From contig OX597820.1 of the NCBI GenBank assembly GCA_951406725.2, forward strand, positions 11,408,001 to 11,472,000: 64,000 nucleotides of DNA, written 5' to 3'. Source of the stretch: Octopus vulgaris (Eukaryota). Within the stretch, counting starts at the first letter, position 1. Each line of letters opens with the position of its first letter. Positions 54,730 through 64,000 of this stretch are shown piece by piece. Made by a program: the position numbers and the translations under genes. The notes under the pieces are model-generated. The model was given only the letters and a program-made list of their open reading frames with translations, was not told where the DNA came from and made no database searches.

Positions 54730-57221
54730 ACCAAAAATCTGTCCAGTTGTAAGAGATGAATCGATGAACATTCATTGAAGAGTAAAACTATGTTCTCTGA
54801 TAGAAGAATACATGCCAAAAGAGTTAGTATTGCTCATGAATTCCATCTTGCATTACTTAAGTTGGGTATTTTTTGAAACTTTACAGTAGGAAATTTTTCC
54901 GGTTTCTTCAAACAAACGAAAATCTCTGGTCAAATGAAATAGAAATTTCATGTCATCTTACCACGCTGCTAATTCAGTAATCCTTTCTTCACCATAGTTG
55001 AAATTAGCCTGGAGTTTCTCGTAATTACTTAGAATCTCTTGAATGAATGTATATTCAATACTGGGAGATGACTTTTTTCTCCAAGTTCGTTATCCATTAC
55101 AACACGAAGAACTGCTGTCGACCAACAAATTGCGGTTCTTTCAAACCCTTTTGAGCAAACAGTCTTTGCAACTGAATGACAATGCCATTTTCCCCCAGTG
55201 TTCACACTCATTTTATCAGCGACAATCATCTTTAAACAGGTCCATAAATTGCATTCTACTAAAACAGCTGCTATTCCTTTCACAACAGCATCGGCTTCTC
55301 CCTTTGGTAATTGGAGTTCTTCTAACTTAACTGTTCGCTGTTCATTCTTTAAAACTAGCACTTGGTATTCTTGGTCATCAATACGTTTACCATCAAAATG
55401 CAATGATCAGTTTTCTAAACGTAGTATTTTCTTCAATTTCTTTTTAGTTTTAACATCTTCTTTGAGAGTCGATCTATAAATACCAAATTGAAAAGGAGTC
55501 GCGACATTGATTCCATCATGAAATAATTGTCGACAAACTGTTGCTGCTTTTTGGGTTGAAGCTTGGAAGATATTACTAACTTGGTTGCAGTTTCAGTTTT
55601 GATATGTTAGTTAGTTAGTTAGTTAGTTAATTTTTTGGCTCAAGAGCAAAAAGCAAGGCCATGTAGGGGGACATGGAGTTCATGTAAAGAGTAAAGGGTG
55701 GTGTTCATGTAAAGAGTTCAGGCCACTTTAGGTCCAGGGAGGCTTTGAACAAAGCGGTCGTCGGCATCTTCACCATCTCGTCTGGCAGCTTGTTCCACGG
55801 ATCCGCAACCCGGACGGAGAAAGCTCCTCTCCTTCGATTGAGATGAAATCGTCGCAGGTAGAGCTTTTCGGAATGACCCCGCAGCCGACGCTCTGGAGCA
55901 GGAGTGAAGAACAGCTCTTTCGAGAGGTTACACTTTCCGCTTATGATGTTGTGGGCGAGAATGAGATCACTACGGCGGCGGCGTTTTTCAAGAGAATAAA
56001 GGTCGAGCGTCTTCAGCCTTTCTTCATAAGACCATGAACCATGCGGGTAGCCAGCTTCTGGACTCTTTCGAGATGATGTATGTCTTTGAGGAGATAAGGA
56101 GAAGAGGCTTGAATCCCGTACTCAAATATGGGTCTCACCAGCGTGACATAGAGCGGTAGGAATATGGCTGCTGTGAGCATTCCTGTGTGAATTCTTCATC
56201 TGATTTTTCGGACTCTTGATATTCACTTTCAGTGTCTGCTTCAGACGTTGACGATGACACTGGAGTTGTTATGGTTGAAGATGACATTAAGGATACTTTT
56301 CTTCTTTTGGACGAGTGGATAGTTTTGGGACTGGCTTTCTTTCGATTTGCCTACCCAATCTTTCCCTTGCTTTCAATTCGAAGATAATATAACCTTCTAT
56401 CCTCACTGCATAGCCATTCACCGTTTTCCTTTGTGATGTCAAAATTGTCTTTCAATGAATTGTATTTTCCTCGTTTTAAACATTTATCGTAGGTATTCAG
56501 CACTTTTTCTAATTTCGCTTGTACTATTTGAATTGATAAATATGGGAAATTTAATTTTTTTGCCGTAAAAATGTTACTTCTTTTGAAATTTCCTTTGTTC
56601 TTACTTTCCTTCCTTTGATGGTACTTCCAAGGAACATGTAGCGACCAAAAATTTGAAGTTTCATTGGTATCCTGCAGTTGTTTACCAAAGAATGCTCTTC
56701 TAGAGGAACAGGCTTTCTTTTCCTATGTGAGTCTTGAAATTGCACGAGATCCTTCATCCAGATTTTTTTGTTTCTTTGAGTGACACAAGCATTATTTTAG
56801 ATACTCTAGTTGGATAAGCCTACTATTCTGAAAAACAGTTAATATAGTCAGAGTTTTTAGCGTCACAAAAATAAAAAGGAGAGGAAGAGGTTATTTCCTA
56901 AAGTAGGACCTAAGTGGTAAAAAAAATTACAAATTCTATAACTCCCGAAGTACTTAAACTTGAAAGCTGAAATTTGAGATATGCTGCTTCTGCATTGCAT
57001 TACGTCAGCACACCAAGTTTGGTAAAAAGTTGAGTAGGCCTTATGAACCCCTCCTCTGTAAAATTTTGCATAATTTAGGACAAAATTGGTGTTAGTTGGG
57101 GGTGATGTTTTTTAAAAACAACTTAAAATAAAGGTTATTTTCTCTACTTATATAAAATTGTTCATCGATTTTTGATACAGAAAATTTCTTACTTTACAAT
57201 GAAAATCAAAAAGTCATAACC

Positions 57222-57224
<3 letters not shown>
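54730..57224 (-). mobile_element. Decayed hAT-like (hATm-type) DNA transposon
   Basis: ORF 55029-55403 HFDGK...IVADKMSVNTG (cf. HWDGK...FDTTASNTG); terminus TTAGGG at about 57224; left boundary uncertain. Confidence 0.65.
55606..56182 (-). mobile_element. CR1-type LINE 3' fragment nested in the transposon
   Basis: LYVTLVRPIFEYG...LERVQKLATRMV..YEERLKTLDLYSLEKRR; (TAAC)n tail. Confidence 0.88.
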
Positions 57225-57284
<60 letters not shown>

Positions 57285-57333
57285 AAAATATTTTTGATGG
57301 AATTTTTTCTGTAAAAGACGTAATCCTATATTA

Positions 57334-57382
<49 letters not shown>

Positions 57383-58021
57383 TACATATATATAAATTAT
57401 CCTTCAAAGCTGATGAAAAGGAATTTTGAACCACTTTTGAACTTCAGATATCGATACGAATTAGATACTTATGATTTATGTATATGCATACATGCATGCA
57501 TACATACATACGTACATACATACATGCAGACATACATATATACATACATACGTACGTAATTACACACTCACATGCAAGCATTCATACATTCATATATATA
57601 TATATGTATGAATCTATGTGTAAATGTATATATATATGTATATGTATCGGAGTAAGCACATAAATGTGAAACAAGGTGGAAAAAAGAGTACTCAAATACC
57701 AGAGGTAGAGTACTTTTAAATAAAGTATATGTATATGTACGTATGTACATATACATATTTATATACATAAATATATACAAACATAAAAAGACACACACAC
57801 ACATGCATACATACATACATACATACATACATACATACATACATACATACATACATACATACATACATACATACATACATACATACATACATACAACTCT
57901 ATCTTTCTCTATTGGCAAGCAATCTCAAAATAAACTGAATAATGATATCCATCCTTCCATACATCCATCCATCCATACATACATACATACATACATACAT
58001 ACATACATACATACATACATA

Positions 58022-59195
58022 GTGTCCGTTTTTATGGCAAATCAAATCCTTCTGATTCAAAAAATTGTGTACAGTAAGCGCTGATGAACATATTTTGTTC
58101 ATCTCCATAATATTCTTTAAGTTTGCTTTCTTTATCATAAATACTATCATACGAAATATTTTCATTTGCCGTTTGGTATCTATAGGATTCTTCGAAAAAT
58201 ACTTGAAAAATAGCCGGATAATAAATACGAGAAATGTTTCTATGCTCGTATACATTTTTTCCTTGTTTTAGAATCGAATAAGAACATTTCTCATGACGAC
58301 ACTTCATCGTTTCCTATGGGAATATTATAACCACGTCAAGATTATCTTTCATATCATCTATATTTTTGTTTCATATCGTCCACAACGATGCTGCGTCTCT
58401 GGTTTAAGTTTCTCTCTTCCTGTGAAAAAAAAAATGATAAGCTCTTCCAACTTGTTCAACAAGGCGTCGGTAGTTTAAAATTTTAAAGGCGGCGAGCTGG
58501 CAGAAACGTTAGCACGCCGGGCAAAATGCTCAGCAGTATTTCGTCTGTATTTACGTTCTGAGTTCAAATTCCGCCGCGGTCGACTTTGCCTTTCATCCTT
58601 TCGGGGTCGATAAATTAAGTACTAGTTACGCACTGGAATCGATGTAATCGACTTAATCCGTTTGTCTGTCCTTGTTTGTCCCTTCTGTGTTTAGCCCCTT
58701 GTGGGTAGTAAAGAAATAGGTATTTCGTCTGTGTTTACGTTCTGAGTTCAAATTCCGCCGAGGTCGACTTTGCCTTTCATCCTTTCGGGGTCGATAAATT
58801 AAGTACCAGTTACGCACTGGAATCGATGTAATCGACTTAATCCGTTTGTCTGTCCTTGTTTGTCCCCTTCTGTGTTTAGCCCCTTGTGGGTAGTAAAGAA
58901 ATAGGTTGTTTAAAATTTTATGATGTAGCTTTCTGAACAGTCGATTTGAGTTCGACTCCCGGCGGACGCAGCCCTACATTTTTAAATGGCCGTTGCGCCC
59001 CGGATATTCCTCTAGAAGAGAAATTCCGAAACAATACCCGAATTGTTGCGTAACTTGAGCTCTTCCTCTTCTTTGCTTCTGGACTAATTGGCTTCGTAAC
59101 GAGAGTCTTTGCAGTATTGTGCAAGCTTTTATTGACTTTAAACTTTAATATCTAGGATAACATTATTTGTCAGTGAAGGCCTTACTCAGTTACGA
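58022..59195 (-). mobile_element. Possible Helitron N-terminal remnant, interrupted by a SINE
   Basis: EMNKICS..YCTQFFESEGFD.ICHKNG resembles the Helitron N-terminal Cys cluster across frameshifts. Confidence 0.4.
58488..58905 (+). mobile_element. SINE family A dimer with TSD
   Basis: TSD GTTTAAAATTTTA at 58473 and 58908; two near-identical units. Confidence 0.92.
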
Positions 59196-59339
59196 GTTAA
59201 CTGTATGTATGTATGTATGTATGTATGTATGTATGTATGCATGCATATATGAATATATTATGTGTGTATGTATGTGAGCATTCATTTGGACGTGCACTTT
59301 CGGTGGTGTACGTCTGTGCGTTCAGCCGCACGTATCCAG

Positions 59340-59348
59340 GCGTGTGTG

Positions 59349-59379
<31 letters not shown>

Positions 59380-59436
59380 ATGTGTGTGTGTGTGTGTGTA
59401 TATGTGTGTGTGTATGCGTGTGTGTGTATGCGTGTG

Positions 59437-59467
<31 letters not shown>

Positions 59468-59559
59468 GTATGTGTGTGTGTGTGTGTTTGTGTGTGTGTA
59501 TATGTGTGTGTGTATGCGTGTGTGTCTGTGTGTGTGTATGTCTGTGTGTGTGTGTCTGT

Positions 59560-59633
<74 letters not shown>

Positions 59634-59677
59634 GTGTATGCGTGTGTGTCTGTGTGTGTGTATGTCTGTGTGTGTGT

Positions 59678-59756
<79 letters not shown>
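59340..59756. repeat. Long (TG)n compound microsatellite
   Basis: Direct. Confidence 0.97.
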
Positions 59757-59757
<1 letters not shown>

Positions 59758-59962
59758 CGGTAAGTCTCGCAAGAGCATCATTGGTCAATATATTTATGCA
59801 AATACATACGTCATTACATTTATGTATTTATTCCGGCATTATAAATTTATTATTCTATCATTGTAAAATTACAATAAACATCTGAATTGATGAATAATGT
59901 ATTGTAAATGATGATAAATATTCATATGTGTATGCGTATGTGTGCGTATATAGATGTATATA

Positions 59963-60019
<57 letters not shown>

Positions 60020-60055
60020 CATGTATGTATGTATGTATGTATGTATGTATGTATG

Positions 60056-60108
<53 letters not shown>

Positions 60109-60260
60109 GCATGTACGTATATATATATATATATGTATGTATGTTGGTATGAATATTTGTATGTATACACACACAGTTCAATATGTGACCGCGTGCGTAT
60201 CGTTGACGATTTTTTCTCCGTCTTCCCTTTCATAGAGAAATGGACCTTTCATTTCTCTAT

Positions 60261-60295
60261 GTTTCTGAGGAAGAGCTCTGCTCGAAACGTTAAAC
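60261..60295 (+). ncRNA. Minimal type I hammerhead ribozyme
   Basis: GUUU-CUGAGGA-A-GAGC-UCU-GCUC-GAAAC-GUU|AAAC; degenerate relatives at 26933-26967(-) and about 62996-63025. Confidence 0.75.
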
Positions 60296-60894
60296 CCTCC
60301 TTCTTTCCTGAGCTTCCAATAATACTATACTTGTTCCACGTCCTCGCGTTGTTGGGTTTTCTCTTTGTGTTTTCATGTTTGGATTAACTTTATATATATA
60401 TATATACTGCGTGTGTGTACATACAAATATTCATACAAACACTCTCACATATGTATACATGTAGACATATATAAACGTACACACACACATGTAAGTTTAT
60501 CAACATATGCACAAATATTAAAACATGAATGTGTGTGTATGGTGTCCGCGAGTGTGTGTGTGTCGTGTCCGCGAGTGTGTATGTGTGTCTACAAGTGTGT
60601 GCGCATATACATTCCAAATAATACCCATATACACGCTAACATAGTTTGTAGGTATCTATTTCTAATTGTTAACAGTGAATAGCAAAGTACTTCGATTAAC
60701 TTACATATCTACATCCCCATTCATTCCGCTACACACATGTATACATATCCTTATGTATACGTGTGTATATAGATATATCTATCTATCTCCATGTCCGCGG
60801 AGCAAATCGTAAGTGGTCGCCAGTTAGACAGATCGTGAGGCCTGCCTGCCTTCTTACGAAGGAAGACTGACCTGCCTTTCAACAAGACCTCACA

Positions 60895-61287
60895 CAAAAT
60901 CAAGAAGCCATACATGAGCTTGTATTTCATTTTAATGCTGCTGTATCATCGTATGATGAGTGTTTGATATCAAATGACAAAGTCTTTGCCAGTACACTCT
61001 GGAGAAACCTGTTTGCATCAAAGTACACTGAGCCTCAGAACCTTGAACTTGCAGTATGTCAGAAAACAGGTTAAACATCTGGAAAGCCAATCCGATGACA
61101 GTATATTATATAATGGTCTTGTCTCCTTTCTGATAAAAAAAAAAGAGACGGTCTTGTCTCCTTTCAGATAAAAAAAAAGAGACAGCTAGAGTAAAGTCTT
61201 TATGGAAGAAAATATACGAGACTGATATATTAATATCTAAATAAAATATTTTGAATTTAAATAAAATATTTATTTTTTAAAAAAAAG
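60895..61287 (+). pseudogene. UQCC1: 5'-truncated processed pseudogene of complex III assembly factor UQCC1/CBP3
   Basis: FHFNAAVSSYDECLISNDKVFASTLWRNLF..EPQNLEL/QYVRKQVKHLES..ILYNGLVSF matches the UQCC1 C-terminus; frameshift at about 61051; AATAAA and A-tail. Confidence 0.8.
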
Positions 61288-61334
61288 AGTGGGAGAAATT
61301 AAACTTATCTTAGTCTTTTTTCCACTCTCGCCAT

Positions 61335-61750
61335 ATTTCTTTATTGCCCACAAGGGGCTAAACACAGAGAGGACAAAGAAGGACAGACAAAAGGGATTAA
61401 GTCGATTACATCGACCCCAGTGCGTCACTGGTACTTATTTAATCGACCACGAAAGGATGAAAGGCAAAGTCGACCTCGGTGGAATTTGATCTCAGAACGT
61501 AGCGGCAGACGAAATACCTATTTCTTTACTACCCACAAGGAGCTAAACACAGAGAGGACAAAGAAGGACAGACAAAAGAGGTTAAGTCGATTACATCGAC
61601 CCCAGTGCGTCACTGGTACTTAATTTATCGACCCCGAAAGGATGAAAGGCAAAGTCGACCTCGGCGGAATTTGAACTCAGAACGTAACAGCAGACGAAAT
61701 ACGGCTACGCATTTCGCCCGGCGTGCTAACGTTTCTGCCAGCTCACCGCC
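61335..61750 (-). mobile_element. SINE family A dimer
   Basis: Head ends at 61750; two cores. Confidence 0.9.
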
Positions 61751-62575
61751 TTGAAGAGTTACATGAAATCCATTCTGGCATGGTGCATGAAAAGTGTTTG
61801 GAACAGAACTACTGCTGTTTAGTCCCAGGTCGATCCTAATTGGACAGACATATTATCAACTGCATTCTAAGTCATAACTGTCCATTCTTTATATACCGAT
61901 CTCCGGAAGGACGATGGGCAAAATTGACTTTGATTGGATTCATAGCTAAATGGCTGAAGATTGAATGTCTCTGACAAAGAAAGATCTGTTGGTTCAGTCT
62001 ATCTAGCTGTAAACAGGAACCAGACTGAGGCACAAATGTAGAAATTATAAATGCTTTATAATTATTTTCTACTCTAATCATAGGGCCCGAAATTTGGGGG
62101 GAGGGGCCAGTCGATTGGATCGGCGCCAGTATGCAACTGGTGCTTGATTTATCGGCTCCGAGGGGATGAAGGGCAAAGTCGATCTCGGCGGAATGTATTT
62201 CTTACACATACATATAAACGTGTCTATAGACGAGATTTTCAAATATAACCTGTTGTATGTTGGGAGGGTCATTATGCCAATAATAAACACACGCATTGGT
62301 TCTATTTCACTGGGAATCTGCACTTCAGAAATACTATAGAAGGTGCGCTTATAAAAGGTACATGTCTGAAATACCAAGAGCCGATATCTTCACTAAGCTG
62401 GGTTGCGTTGTTTGCACACACAACTGGAATATTAGGTACAAACACCTCTACACGGAGTCTTGATATTCACCAGTCAAATAATATTGTTGGGCAGTACGGA
62501 CTGTACCGAACTGGCAAGGGGCCTTAATTTAAGGACCTAATTCAAATTAATCTTAATTATATTTTATATATTCAT

Positions 62576-62606
<31 letters not shown>

Positions 62607-62842
62607 CTACGGAGAAGTACTTGCATAGCAAGTGACTTGATCTGAGATCGTGTGCTGAAAGGAAAACGATTGCAGCATGGAAGATGTTTGTAACCACTTC
62701 AGAGCACGTTATTTTCACTTCAACATTTAAATTTCTCGACGAAACTATTTTCACACAAATTTTATTTAAATGATGAAGTGAAACTAACGGTTTTTGTATG
62801 TTCTTAAATGGCTTACAAACATCTTCCACGCTGCAATTGTTC
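62607..62842. repeat. Short inverted-arm element in (TA)n with one-sided extension
   Basis: AACGATTGCAGCATGGAAGATGTTTGTAA (62665) and TTACAAACATCTTCCACGCTGCAATTGTT (ending 62841). Confidence 0.75.
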
Positions 62843-63119
62843 ATATATATAGGCACAGGAGTGGCTGTGTGGTAAGTAGCTTGTTTACCAGCCACATGGT
62901 TCCGGGTTCAGTCCCACTGCGTGGCATTTTGGGCAAGTGTCTTCTACTATAGCCTCGGGCCGACCAAAGCCTTGTGCCGACCACAAACACATACACAAGA
63001 GCGTAGGCTCGAAATGTAAAAGACTTGTTTTATTTATATTCCTGAGCGCCATACTAATACAATTGTTTGTTTGTACTCCACCTGCCTTCGTCTTTTGTTT
63101 ATTTTCATAAAGCTTCCCG

Positions 63120-63178
<59 letters not shown>

Positions 63179-63629
63179 TACGACGGGCTTCTTTCAGTTT
63201 CCGTCTACCAAATCCACTCACAAGGCTTTGGTCGGCCCGAGCTATAGTAGAAGACACTTGCCCAAGGTGCCACGCAGTGGGACTGAACCCGCAACCATGT
63301 GGTTGGTAAGCAAGCTACTTACCACACAGCCACTCCTGCACCTATATATATATATATATATATTAATCAAGAGGCGTTAAGATATATAGGATACATAAGC
63401 GTATATAATTGTAAGGGTGTGTGTTTGTGTATGCATCTTTTATCGTTTATTTCTTTCAGTCATTGGACTGCGACCAAGCTGGGGCACCGTCTTGAAGAGC
63501 TTAATCGTATTTCTTTGGGGTTTTTTTTTTGAAAGATTGCTACTTAATCTATCAGTTTCTTTTGTCGATCTGCGAATATACAAGAGCGTAAACAAACCAG
63601 CACAGTATATTGTCAAGCGATAAGGGAAC

Positions 63630-63662
<33 letters not shown>

Positions 63663-64000
63663 ATGACACCATATATATATGTCAGGCTTAAACACAGTTT
63701 CTGTCAACCAAATCCACTCAAACGACATTGGTCTGCCTGGGTTTATAATAGAGTAGACTTGTCCAAAATGCTTCACAGTGGGACTGAACAAGAAACCACG
63801 TTTATTAGTAGTGGACTAGCTCACTTCTCGCCTGGGGACGTCCATCACAACAGTTATAAGTGATCTTAATCATATCCTGGAGGACTTATCCCATCACGAA
63901 ACAGCAGTTTGGAGATCTGCCTTTTTTCCGCCATTATAAGGGGAAAGCACATGCGCTTTGCAGGACAACGCTGGCGAGCTAAACATGAGCTGGCAAGTGG

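Noticed and set aside
59197-59885. His-Thr / Cys-Val rich ORFs of about 200 aa
   Set aside because: (TG)n/(CA)n microsatellite.

Overview
AT-rich, microsatellite-saturated eukaryotic DNA with no intact host protein-coding gene that I can support. Nearly all predicted ORFs are translations of (TA)n, (CA)n, (GATA)n, (TATG)n and trinucleotide tracts. The SINE complement resembles octopus (coleoid cephalopod) tRNA-derived SINEs; this is an inference, not a verified assignment. Recognisable content: at least four tRNA-headed SINE families; decayed R4/Dong, Tx1/L1 and CR1-type LINEs; Helitron helicase remnants plus two complete non-autonomous Helitrons and a Helentron-like element; a hAT-like transposase relic; a Penelope-like (PLE) RT/GIY-YIG fragment; a 5S rRNA pseudogene; and a UQCC1/CBP3 processed pseudogene. 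The most striking signal is about 20 type I hammerhead ribozyme (HHR) motifs, ranging from intact to degenerate, in non-coding elements inserted into (TA)n. Many of these elements are head-to-head inverted structures with both HHR-sense 3' ends pointing outward. The extreme case is a 3.4-kb array at 27233-30652 of a 533-bp HHR-bearing unit, about 3.45 copies on the minus strand joined to about 3 copies on the plus strand, which looks like a bidirectional retrozyme-like (rolling-circle, circRNA-templated) insertion. Coordinates were read by eye and element boundaries may be off by several bases.
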